Shown piece after piece: positions 1 through 8,567 of a stretch of 64,000 bases of DNA; position 1 is the first letter of the stretch; the number at the start of each line of letters is the position of its first letter. The stretch spans positions 192,001 through 256,000 of the forward strand of contig CAVUWA010000010.1 in assembly GCA_963744995.1 (NCBI GenBank), read 5' to 3'. The stretch comes from Candidatus Eiseniibacteriota bacterium (GTDB lineage: Bacteria; Eisenbacteria; RBG-16-71-46). Made by a program: the position numbers and the translations under genes. Under the pieces are notes generated by a model. That model worked only from the letters and a program-made list of their open reading frames with translations. It did not search any database and was not told the origin of the DNA.

Positions 1-1544
1 GGAAGGATCATCTCCTCCACCGACACGCCGCCGTGCTGGAACGAGCCGCGGAACTGGCGCTCGTACTCGTGGAACCGAGTCGGGTAGACGAAATAGTAGT
101 CCTCGCGGGCGAGGATGTAGTTCTTGTTCACGCCGGTGTCCGGAAGCATGTAGTCGATCGGATGCTTGACCAGGATCGCCTGCTTCGGATCGACCTTGAG
201 GTTCAGGCCGAACTTGTAGCGCAGGTTGGTGGACGTGTCGCGGTTGCCGTGCACCAGCGCGGCGCGGCGGCCGAGGACGGCGCCGTGGTCGGTGGTGACG
301 ACGACGCGGCAGTCCTGCTGGCTCAGCGCACGGAAGACGTCGTAGAGCGGGCTGTGCAGGAACCACGCCTTCATCACCGCGCGGAACGCAGCCTCGTCGG
401 GCGCCAGCTCCTGGAGGATTTCGCTCTCGGAGCGTCCGTGCGCGAGGATGTCGAGGAAATTGAATACGAGGCTCGTGAGCGGGATGCCGCTGAACGTGGT
501 GATCTGTTTCCGCACCGCGGCGGCCTCGTCATTGTCGTGGATCTTGAGGTACTTGGTGCCGCCGCGCTCCGGCCGCACCTTGAGCCGCTGCAGCTGGAAG
601 TCGAGCAGCTGGCGCTCGTAGCGGTTCTTGGTCCGCTCGTCCTTGCTGTTCTCCTGCCACAGATCGGGGTGCTGCTTCTGCAGCTGCGCGGGCAGGAGTC
701 CCGAAAAGATCGCGTTGCGCGAATACGGCGTCGCGGTCGGCAGGATCGAGCAGTAGTAGGAGCGCTCGATCTGGAACAGATCCTCGAACAGCGGCTCGAG
801 CGTGAACCACTGGTCCATGCGCATGCAGTCGATGATGACGAACACCACGCGACGGTCCGCCTCGAGGTGCGGCACCACGGCCTGTCGGACCACGTCGGTC
901 GAGAGCGGCGGCCGCTCCGCCGCCCCTTTCACCCACTGCGGGTAGCCGTCTTCGACGTAGCGGCCGAAGTCGATGTTGAGCCCGCGGCGGAAGTCCGCGT
1001 GCGCCTGCTTGAGCCCCTCCTCCTGCACCGCGTCGAGCCGCACGTCCCAGCGCGCGACGTCCACCGCGAGATCCACCCAGCCCTGCCAGTCCAGCCGCCG
1101 GAGGTCCAGCGTGTGCCAGTTCTGCATCCCGGCGACGTAGTCGCGCGCACGCTGCGAGTCCTGGAGCCGCTCCGCTTCGAACACGCGCTTGCAGGCGAGG
1201 AACACCTGCGACGGGTTCACGGGCTTGATGAGGTAGTCGGTGATGTGACGGCCGAGCGCATCGTCCATCAGCGATTCTTCCTCGCTCTTGGTGATCAGGA
1301 TCACCGGCACGGGCAGCTCGCGCGTCTTGATCTGCTCGAGGGTCTCGAGACCGCCCATGCCGGGCATCATCTCGTCGAGCAGCACGACGTCGAACTGGCC
1401 CTCGTCGAGGGCCGAGAGCGCGTCCCGGCCATTGGCGACCGGAGTCACGTCGAAACCCTTCTCTTCGAGGAAGCGGATGTGGGGCCGCAGCAGGTCGATC
1501 TCGTCATCGGCCCACAGCACGCGGCGGCGGGAATCGTCGTTCAT
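1..1544 (-). CDS. porX: PorX-like response regulator with C-terminal PglZ/alkaline-phosphatase-like domain (3' end runs off the window)
   Basis: Not in the ORF track; translated by hand from ATG 1544: MNDDSRRRVLWADDEIDLLRPHIRFLEEKG...VLLDEMMPGMGGLETL...ILITKSEEESLMDDALGRHITDYLIKPVNPSQV...YILAREDYYFVYPTRFHEYERQFRGSFQHGGVSVEEMILP, matching the receiver N-terminus and the FQHGGxSxEEM C-terminus typical of PorX. Confidence 0.85.
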   Translation of the reverse strand, partial: MNDDSRRRVLWADDEIDLLRPHIRFLEEKGFDVTPVANGRDALSALDEGQFDVVLLDEMMPGMGGLETLEQIKTRELPVPVILITKSEEESLMDDALGRHITDYLIKPVNPSQVFLACKRVFEAERLQDSQRARDYVAGMQNWHTLDLRRLDWQGWVDLAVDVARWDVRLDAVQEEGLKQAHADFRRGLNIDFGRYVEDGYPQWVKGAAERPPLSTDVVRQAVVPHLEADRRVVFVIIDCMRMDQWFTLEPLFEDLFQIERSYYCSILPTATPYSRNAIFSGLLPAQLQKQHPDLWQENSKDERTKNRYERQLLDFQLQRLKVRPERGGTKYLKIHDNDEAAAVRKQITTFSGIPLTSLVFNFLDILAHGRSESEILQELAPDEAAFRAVMKAWFLHSPLYDVFRALSQQDCRVVVTTDHGAVLGRRAALVHGNRDTSTNLRYKFGLNLKVDPKQAILVKHPIDYMLPDTGVNKNYILAREDYYFVYPTRFHEYERQFRGSFQHGGVSVEEMIL

Positions 1545-1764
1545 GGGGTTTTCGCCTGGGCCGGAGTGGAGCGCCCGGTCGGGCGCGGGCGGCCACCGGT
1601 CGGATGACCGGCCGCCGCATCGTAACTCCGCCCCCGCGGCGCCCGCCAGCGGGGCCCGCGCCGGGAGCGCCCGCGGCCGGGGGCCGGAATGGCGCAACCT
1701 CCGCCCCGCCGGGGGCGTAGCATGAGGGTCGCTTCAGGCCCCGCGTGCCCCCGAGGAGGCTCCC

Positions 1765-2631
1765 ATGCGCAGATCCTGGCTGTTCGTGATCCCGGCCGCC
1801 CTGCTCGCGGCCGTGCCGGCCCACGCCGGCGAGTGGCAGAAGACCTACACGGTGACGGGCGTGCCGGCGCTGTCCCTCGACGCCGACGATTCGGCGGTCG
1901 AGATCCAGGGCTGGGATCGCAACGAGATCTCGGTGAAGGTCCACGCGGATCGCAGCGTCGGCGTCGACACCGACGACGACCTGCGGGTGGTCGAGAGCCA
2001 GAACGGCAATGCGGTGTCCATCCGGCTCGAGCGCCGCCACCACCTGTTCCAGGTCCGCCTCGGCTGGCACGACATCGGCTGGCACGACAACCGCGTCGAG
2101 ATCCGCGTGCCGAAGCACTCCCGGCTCGACGTCCGCACCGGCGACGGCTCGTGCGACGCGACGGGGATCGAGGGCGACATCGCGCTCGAGACCGGCGACG
2201 GCGCGATCCACGCCGAGGATCTGTCGGGCCACCTGCGCTTCGATACCGCGGACGGCAGGATCCGCGGCAGCGGCCTCGGCGGCGACCTGCTGGCGCAGAC
2301 CAGCGACGGCCGGATCGAGGTCTACGGCTGGTTCACGCGACTCGACCTGCACACTTCGGACGGAGCGATCATCGCCGGCGCCGGACCCGAGTCCGTCGTG
2401 GAGGAGGGCTGGGCGCTGCGGACGAGCGACGGCCGGATCCGGCTGCGGATTTCCGAGCGGCTCGCCGCCCACGTCGACGCCGCCACCGACGACGGCAGCA
2501 TCCGCCTGAACGGCGAGGCCCCGTTCGAGGGGCGCATCGATACCCACCACGTGCGGCTCGACCTCAACGGCGGCGGGCCGACCATCCGATTGCGCTCGGG
2601 CGACGGCTCGATCCACATCGAACGGTACTGA
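1765..2631 (+). CDS. Secreted DUF4097-type beta-strand repeat protein (putative adhesin-like)
   Basis: GGAGG RBS, signal peptide (LLAAVPAHA), repeated (L/I)xTxDGxI units, ends 'GGPTIRLRSGDGSIHI'. Confidence 0.8.
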   Translation: MRRSWLFVIPAALLAAVPAHAGEWQKTYTVTGVPALSLDADDSAVEIQGWDRNEISVKVHADRSVGVDTDDDLRVVESQNGNAVSIRLERRHHLFQVRLGWHDIGWHDNRVEIRVPKHSRLDVRTGDGSCDATGIEGDIALETGDGAIHAEDLSGHLRFDTADGRIRGSGLGGDLLAQTSDGRIEVYGWFTRLDLHTSDGAIIAGAGPESVVEEGWALRTSDGRIRLRISERLAAHVDAATDDGSIRLNGEAPFEGRIDTHHVRLDLNGGGPTIRLRSGDGSIHIERY

Positions 2632-2643
2632 GGCGGGACGCGG

Positions 2644-3936
2644 CTACACCGGGAAACTGATCACCACGGTGGTGCCCTCGCCGGGTTCACTCTGGCGGAA
2701 GAACAGCTTCCCGCCGTGGTAGTCGACCACCACGCGGCGCGCCAGCGCGAGCCCCAGCCCCCAGCCGCGCCGCTTGGTCGAGAAACCGGGCTCGAACGCG
2801 CGGTTCAGCTCGGCGGGCGTCATGCCGCGGCCATCGTCGACGATCTCGATCTCGACGTTCTCGTTCTCGGGCCGCCGGTGCAGCATGACGTCGATGTGAC
2901 CCGGTGGCTGCTCGATCGCCGAAACGGCGTTGGTGAGCAGGTTCTCGAGCGCCCACTCGACCAGCTCACGGTTCATGTTCACCGGCGGCACTTCGTCGTA
3001 GCGCTCGCGGATCTCGATGTCGGCTCCGCCGCGCGGCAGCCGGCGCCGGATGTACTGCACCGCCTCGCGCACGACCGGTGACACCGACTGCAGTTGCAGG
3101 CTCGGCTCCGACCCGACGCGACTGAAGCGCTGCGCGACCTTGTTCAGGCGCTCGATGTCGAGCTCCATCTCGCCCAGCGTTTCGTCGAGTTCGGCGCGCG
3201 GCAACTCGACGGTGGCACCCGCGCCGGGCGCGTCGGCGCGCGTGCGCATCAGCTCGATCCAGCCCATCAGCGACGACAGCGGCGTGCCGAGCTGATGCGC
3301 GGTCTCCTTCGCCATGCCGACCCAGATGCTGCGGCGCTCGGCCTCGCGGATGGTGGCGATGCCCCAGAACCCCAGCGACACCAGGATCAGCAGTCCGCCG
3401 ACCGAGACGAACGGCACCCAGCGCAGCTGCGCGATCACCGGCGGATGGCCGTAGTGTACGGCGCCCAGCGTATCGGTGCTGTCCGCGGTGGTCATCAGGA
3501 TCGGCGGATTCAGGCGATCGAGATGGCGGACCTCGAGCCGCACGGATTCGATGCGGGCGCGCGTGACCGGCGAGATCGGGCGCCCGGTGGCGAGGCTGTC
3601 GATGGCTTCGGCGGGAACCAGCGATTCGTCGACGCCGACCTCGCGCCACGCGCGCGGCACGCCCTCGTTGTCGGTGATGACCATCGGGAACTCGATGTGC
3701 GAGATCACCTCGGCGAAGATCCGCTGCAGCTCGGGGTCGCGCACCGCGGGGAACGAAGCCTGCGCGCAGAACCGCGCGAGCACGCGCGAGGTCGTGGCGA
3801 TCTCGGCGGTGAGACGCGTGATGGTCGCGTTCGTGACGAGGAATACGATCACCACCAGCAGGCTGCAGCCCACGAACACGGTGGTCTGCAGTACCTGCGA
3901 GCCCGTGAATCGCGGAACGCCGCGGGGCCGGCTCAA
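2644..3936 (-). CDS. Membrane sensor histidine kinase
   Basis: Two TM segments flanking an extracytoplasmic region; H-box GMAKETAHQLGTPLSSL; N-box ENLLTNA; G1 DDGRGM; F/G2 FEPGFSTKRRGWGLGL. Start placed at TTG 3936 just after the serS stop. Confidence 0.9.
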   Translation of the reverse strand: MSRPRGVPRFTGSQVLQTTVFVGCSLLVVIVFLVTNATITRLTAEIATTSRVLARFCAQASFPAVRDPELQRIFAEVISHIEFPMVITDNEGVPRAWREVGVDESLVPAEAIDSLATGRPISPVTRARIESVRLEVRHLDRLNPPILMTTADSTDTLGAVHYGHPPVIAQLRWVPFVSVGGLLILVSLGFWGIATIREAERRSIWVGMAKETAHQLGTPLSSLMGWIELMRTRADAPGAGATVELPRAELDETLGEMELDIERLNKVAQRFSRVGSEPSLQLQSVSPVVREAVQYIRRRLPRGGADIEIRERYDEVPPVNMNRELVEWALENLLTNAVSAIEQPPGHIDVMLHRRPENENVEIEIVDDGRGMTPAELNRAFEPGFSTKRRGWGLGLALARRVVVDYHGGKLFFRQSEPGEGTTVVISFPV

Positions 3937-3946
3937 GGGGCGCCGC

Positions 3947-5224
3947 CTACCGCGGGGCGATCTCCTCGAGTCCGCCCAGGTACGGGCGCAGCGCGGCGGG
4001 AATGCGCACCGTGCCCCGCTCGGTCTGGTGATTCTCGAGAAGCGCTGCGTACGTGCGGGGCAGCGCCACGCCGGACGCGTTGAGGGTGTGCGGGTACTCC
4101 GGCTTCGCACCGGGCTCGCGGCGGAACCGCAGACCCATCCGCCGCGCCTGGAAGTCTTCGAACGTCGAGCACGACGAGGCCTCGAGCCAGGTGTCCATAC
4201 CCGGAGCCCAGACCTCGAAGTCGTAGCATTTGGCTGCGGCGAACGACAGATCGCCCGTGCACAGCAGCATCACCCGATACGGGATCTCGAGCGCCTCGAA
4301 GATGTCGCCCACGTCGCGCGCCAGCTTCTCGTGCTCGTCGTAGCCGGTCTCGGGCGCGACGATCTTCACCAGCTCGACCTTGTCGAACTGGTGCACGCGC
4401 ACCATCCCGCGCGTCTCGCGCCCGTAGGTGCCGGCCTCGCGCCGGTACGACGCGCACCACGCGGTGTGCCGGATCGGCAGCCGGCCCGGGTCGAGGATCT
4501 CGTCGCGGTAGATGTTCGTGACCGGCACCTCGGCGGTCGGGTTGAGGAACAGGTCGTCTTCGCCGATGTGGTACATGTCCGCCTCGAGCTTCGGCAGCTG
4601 TCCGGTGCCGAACATCGTCTCGCGCTTCGCCAGGTGCGGCGGCCAGACTTCGGTGTAGTCGTGCTGCTCGACGTGGAAGTCGAGCATGAACTGGATCAGC
4701 GCGCGCTCGAGTCGTGCGCCCGTGCCGGTGAACAGCAGGAAGCCCGAGCCGGCGATCTTCGAGCCGCGCTCGAAGTCCATGAGGCCGAGCGAGGTCGCGA
4801 TCTCCCAGTGCGGGCGCGGCTCGAAGGCGAACTTCGGCTTCTCGCCCCAGCGCCGCATCTCCTGGTTCTGCGATGCATCGCTCCCGGGCGGCACCGACTC
4901 GTGCGGCAGATTGGGAATCCACGCCGCGAGCGCTTCGCTTTCCTCGTCGAGCTTGCGCAGGTCCGCGTCGAGCCCCTTGATCCGCTCGCTCACGCCGCGC
5001 ATCTCGGCGATGTCGGCATCGGCGTTCTCGCCCTGCTTCTTCTTGCGGGCGATGTCCTCGCTCGCGGTGTTGCGCCGCGCCTTGAGCTGTTCGGTCTCGT
5101 GCAGCAGCGCGAGACGCCGTTCCTCGATCTCGTAGTAGCGGCTGAGGTCGATGGTCACGCCCTTCAGCGTGACGCCCGCTTCGACGCGTTCGCGGTTCTG
5201 CCGGAGGAATCGGGGATCGAGCAT
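3947..5224 (-). CDS. serS: Serine--tRNA ligase
   Basis: MLDPRFLRQN start, coiled-coil arm, PTAEVP, YRREAG..G.ETRGMVRVHQFDKVE, EASSCS, HTLNASGVA. Confidence 0.97.
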   Translation of the reverse strand: MLDPRFLRQNRERVEAGVTLKGVTIDLSRYYEIEERRLALLHETEQLKARRNTASEDIARKKKQGENADADIAEMRGVSERIKGLDADLRKLDEESEALAAWIPNLPHESVPPGSDASQNQEMRRWGEKPKFAFEPRPHWEIATSLGLMDFERGSKIAGSGFLLFTGTGARLERALIQFMLDFHVEQHDYTEVWPPHLAKRETMFGTGQLPKLEADMYHIGEDDLFLNPTAEVPVTNIYRDEILDPGRLPIRHTAWCASYRREAGTYGRETRGMVRVHQFDKVELVKIVAPETGYDEHEKLARDVGDIFEALEIPYRVMLLCTGDLSFAAAKCYDFEVWAPGMDTWLEASSCSTFEDFQARRMGLRFRREPGAKPEYPHTLNASGVALPRTYAALLENHQTERGTVRIPAALRPYLGGLEEIAPR

Positions 5225-5237
5225 GGGCTTCCACCGT

Positions 5238-5621
5238 TTACGGATGACCGGGCGGGAGGCTGTCTCCCTGCGCGGCCTGGTCCATGTGCTTGAGCGTCTG
5301 TTCCTGCATCAGGCGCCGCGCGCGGCCGTAGGCCACCCGCGCATCCTCGTCCCGTCCGAGCCGGGTGAGCGCCATCCCGAGCCCGTAGTAGGCCGCAGGG
5401 TCGTCGCTCTTCTCCACCGCCGCGGCGCCGAACCGACGCGCCGCGAGCTCGTAGTCGCCGGCGCGGAACGCCAGGTTCCCCGCCTCGATCAGTGCCTGCG
5501 ACCGCGCCGCCGGGTCCTGGTGCTGCGTCGCCGACCCCGGCTTCCCGCCACATCCCGTGGCCAGCGCCGCGAGCAGCACGAGCGCCGTACACACCGCTCC
5601 TCTGAACGTGAAGAGACGCAT
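5238..5621 (-). CDS. Small TPR-repeat lipoprotein
   Basis: Lipobox LATG-C after a hydrophobic signal; TPR-like 'AAYYGLGMALTRLGRDEDARVAY'. Start chosen at ATG 5621. Confidence 0.7.
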   Translation of the reverse strand: MRLFTFRGAVCTALVLLAALATGCGGKPGSATQHQDPAARSQALIEAGNLAFRAGDYELAARRFGAAAVEKSDDPAAYYGLGMALTRLGRDEDARVAYGRARRLMQEQTLKHMDQAAQGDSLPPGHP

Positions 5622-5707
5622 ACGGCCCGGAATATGCGGGAGCCCCATGCGGGCGGCAAGCGGATTCGAGCCCCCGGGCGCGGCCGCACGAACGGCGGGC
5701 CGCGGCG

Positions 5708-6091
5708 TCACGCCCCGGCCGCCGCCTTGCTCTTCGCCGCCTTGCGCGTCGCCTTCTTCTTCGCCTTGCGCGGCGATACCGCACGCTTCACCGCACGCTT
5801 CTTTGCTCCGGCCGCAGCCTTCTTCTTCGAGCGCGTGGCCGCGATCCCGAGCGAGATTCCGGCCGAGCGCAGCAGGGAAGCCGCCTGGTCGGAGGGCGCC
5901 GCGCCGTTCTTGAGCCAGGCTTCGACGCGATCCTTGTGAATCACGAGTTCGAACGGATCCGCGATCGGGTTGTAGTGGCCGAGGATCTCGAGAAACCGGC
6001 CGTCACGCTGGCGGCGCGAATCGGCCGCCACCATCCGGTAGAACGGGCGCTTCTTGGCGCCGGCACGCATCATTCGAATGACCACCGACAT
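5708..6091 (-). CDS. rpsP: 30S ribosomal protein S16 with basic C-terminal extension
   Basis: [54 protein letters not shown]; about 43-aa K/A/R tail. Confidence 0.96.
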   Translation of the reverse strand: MSVVIRMMRAGAKKRPFYRMVAADSRRQRDGRFLEILGHYNPIADPFELVIHKDRVEAWLKNGAAPSDQAASLLRSAGISLGIAATRSKKKAAAGAKKRAVKRAVSPRKAKKKATRKAAKSKAAAGA

Positions 6092-6145
6092 GCACTGCCT
6101 CCTTGTGTCGCTCCATGGGCGCGCGGGGCGCCCGTTCGTGAACCG

Positions 6146-7471
6146 CTACCTTCTGCCGCGCATGCCGGCGAGGCCGCGAGGCATCTTCTTCAACCGCTTC
6201 ATCATCGTCTTCGCCTGGCCGAAATCCTTGAGCAGTCGATTGACGTCCGTGACGGTGGTGCCGCTGCCCGCCGCGATCCGCCGCCGCCGGCTGCCGTCGA
6301 TCACCCGCGGCAGCCGCCGCTCGCGCGGCGTCATGCTGAGCAGGATCGCCTCGTAGAACTTCATCCGCTCGGCGCCCGGGCCGACCTCGGCGAGCGCCTG
6401 TTTCGGCACGCCCGGAATCATCTTCATCAGGTCCTCGAGCGGGCCCATCTTCTTCACCTGCCGCAGCTGGTCGAGGAAATCGTCGAGCGTGAACTCCGAC
6501 TTCCGCATGCGCCGCGCCAGCCGTTCGGCATCCTCCTCGGCGACCGCGCTGCGGGCCTTCTCGACCAGGCCGACGACGTCGCCCATGCCGAGGATCCGCC
6601 CGGCAAGGCGGCTCGCCTGGAACACCTCGAGGCCGTCGAGCTTCTCGCCGACGCCGAGGAACAGGATCGGCCGGCCCGTCACCGCACGCAGCGACAGGGC
6701 CGCGCCGCCGCGCGCGTCGCCGTCCATCTTGGTCAGCACGAAGCCGTCCACGCCGATGTCGCCGGTGAACGCGCTCCCGATGCGTACCGCCTCCTGCCCC
6801 GTCATGCCGTCCACCACCAGCAGGACCTGATGGGCCCGGCTCGCGGCGCGCACCTCCTTGAGCTCGGCCATCAGATCCGCGTCGATGTGCAGGCGGCCCG
6901 CGCTGTCCACCACCAGGAAGTCGAAGCCGCGGCGCCGCGCTTCGTCGAGCGCGCCGCGCGCGATGTCCACCGGCCGGGTGCCTTCGGGAGCGCGCCAGAA
7001 GCCGGCCTGCGCCTGGCTCGCGACCCGCTCCAGCTGGTCGATGGCCGCCGGGCGGTAGATGTCGGTGCTCGCGAGCATCACGCGCTTGCCCTTCGCACCG
7101 AGCCACACCGCGAGCTTGCCCGCGAACGTCGTCTTGCCGGCGCCCTGGAGTCCGGCGAGCAGCACGACCGTCGGCACGTGCGGCGAGCCGGCCAGCGTGA
7201 TCGGCGCCCCGCCGAGCAGCTTCTCGAGCTCCTCGTGGACGATGCCGACGACCTGCTGCCCCGGCGTGAGACTCTTCAATACGTCCTCGCCGACGGCGCG
7301 CGCTTCGACCTTCGCCACGAAGTCGCGCGCGACCCCGACCTGGACGTCGGCTTCGAGCAACGCGCGGCGCACGTCGCGCAGGCTCTCTCTGATGTTGTCT
7401 TCCGACAGCTTGCCGCGGCCCGTCAGGCCGCGCACGACGCCGTTCAATCGATCTGCGAGTGCTTCGAACAT
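6146..7471 (-). CDS. ffh: Signal recognition particle protein Ffh
   Basis: MFEALADRL start, ALLEADV, GLQGAGKTT, DSAGRLH, TKMDGDARGG, RILGMGD, M-domain SRRRRIAAGSG. Confidence 0.97.
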   Translation of the reverse strand: MFEALADRLNGVVRGLTGRGKLSEDNIRESLRDVRRALLEADVQVGVARDFVAKVEARAVGEDVLKSLTPGQQVVGIVHEELEKLLGGAPITLAGSPHVPTVVLLAGLQGAGKTTFAGKLAVWLGAKGKRVMLASTDIYRPAAIDQLERVASQAQAGFWRAPEGTRPVDIARGALDEARRRGFDFLVVDSAGRLHIDADLMAELKEVRAASRAHQVLLVVDGMTGQEAVRIGSAFTGDIGVDGFVLTKMDGDARGGAALSLRAVTGRPILFLGVGEKLDGLEVFQASRLAGRILGMGDVVGLVEKARSAVAEEDAERLARRMRKSEFTLDDFLDQLRQVKKMGPLEDLMKMIPGVPKQALAEVGPGAERMKFYEAILLSMTPRERRLPRVIDGSRRRRIAAGSGTTVTDVNRLLKDFGQAKTMMKRLKKMPRGLAGMRGRR

Positions 7472-7499
7472 GCCCCCCACCAAGGAAATTGGAGCGGGC

Positions 7500-7511
7500 A
7501 CTCTAGCACAG
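7500..7511 (-). promoter_or_regulatory. Putative extended -10 promoter of ffh (CTGTGCTAGAGT)
   Basis: TGn-TAGAGT about 30 nt upstream of the ffh ATG; the identical 12-mer recurs upstream of the acyl-CoA dehydrogenase at 39623-39634. Confidence 0.5.
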
Positions 7512-7567
7512 TGGAGTCGGGCCCGGAACGCAAATGAGAGAATAGAGTTGTGGAATCGAGTTCGGGC

Positions 7568-7616
7568 TTGACCCGGCGCCTATTCTGGTCTATGCCATTC
7601 GACCATGATTAGACCA
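7568..7616 (+). promoter_or_regulatory. Putative promoter and palindromic operator of the GntR operon
   Basis: TTGACC at 7568-7573; inverted repeat TGGTCTA(7586-7592)-N17-TAGACCA(7610-7616) spanning the start codon. Confidence 0.5.
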
Positions 7617-8567
7617 CCTGATCCATCCAGCCCGGTTCCGCTCTTCAGCCAGATCACCGAGCAGCTGCGCTGGCAGGTTTCGACCGGGGCGCTGCGCCCC
7701 GGCACGCCGCTCCCCGCAACGCGCGACGCCGCCACGGCATGGCGCGTTCATCGCCACACCGTGGGGCGCGCCTATCGCGAACTGCGCGACGCCGGCCTGC
7801 TGGTGCCCGGGCCCGGCGGGCGCATGGTGGTCAGCGGCGGAGTGTCCGAGCCGCCCGCCGCCTCCCCGGGCGTCGAGTCGTTCATTCGCGAGATGCTGGA
7901 CGTTGCGGCGACCCAGCTCGGGCTTTCACCCGCCGCGCTCTTCGCCGCCCTGCGTGCGCAGGTCGGCAGCGACGTGGAGTCCGGCCGTGTCTGCGTGGTC
8001 GAGTGCAGCGCCGATCAGTGTGCCGATCTCGAGCGCCAGATCGGCGGAGCCTGGCAGGTCGCGGTGGACACGTTCGATCTGACGGCCGCAGGCGAACCCC
8101 CCGCCGGTCCGCTGGTCACCACGCTGTTCCATTTCGACGACGCCCGCAGCCGCTGGCCGCACCGGCTCGGGGACATCCGCTTCGTCGCCGCGGCGATCGA
8201 CCCCGTGGTGCGGGACCTGGTCGAGCACGTGGCGGGGACGGCGCCCAGGCCCGACGTGGCGCTGCTCGTCGAGCACGACACCGTCGCCGGACTCTCGCTC
8301 GTCGAGGAGCTCGAGGCCCTGCTGGGGCCGCGCTTCCCGGTGCGGCTCGAGGTGTTCGAGCATCGCGGCGGGCGGGCGCCGCTGCCCTCCGCGCACGTCG
8401 TGCTGGCCACCCCCGCGGCGTGGAACCGGCTGCGCGACGAGGACCGCGGGCGGGTTCACGTCGTCCGGCTGCGCTATGCCATCGACCGCCGTGACCTCGG
8501 CACCCTGGGCGTGGTGCACGGCTGGCGCGAGCGGCCGGCCGCGCCGACACGGGTGCACGCATCGTGA
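7605..8567 (+). CDS. GntR-family (YtrA-like wHTH) transcriptional regulator with long C-terminal region
   Basis: DPSSPVPLFSQITEQL...GALRPGTPLPATRDAA..VHRHTVGRAYRELRDAGLL. Confidence 0.85.
   Translation: MIRPPDPSSPVPLFSQITEQLRWQVSTGALRPGTPLPATRDAATAWRVHRHTVGRAYRELRDAGLLVPGPGGRMVVSGGVSEPPAASPGVESFIREMLDVAATQLGLSPAALFAALRAQVGSDVESGRVCVVECSADQCADLERQIGGAWQVAVDTFDLTAAGEPPAGPLVTTLFHFDDARSRWPHRLGDIRFVAAAIDPVVRDLVEHVAGTAPRPDVALLVEHDTVAGLSLVEELEALLGPRFPVRLEVFEHRGGRAPLPSAHVVLATPAAWNRLRDEDRGRVHVVRLRYAIDRRDLGTLGVVHGWRERPAAPTRVHAS

Noticed and set aside
33..1607. 524-aa plus-strand ORF
   Set aside because: Antisense shadow of the PorX-like gene, with no recognisable motifs.
6890..6910. Ffh G3 motif DSAGR instead of DTAGR
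   Set aside because: Conservative Thr-to-Ser change with the other GTPase motifs intact.
3476..7537. Long plus-strand ORFs (605 aa, 533 aa) and similar Arg/Ala/Pro-rich ORFs throughout the track
   Set aside because: Shadow frames of serS, ffh and other genes; stop codons are scarce at high GC.
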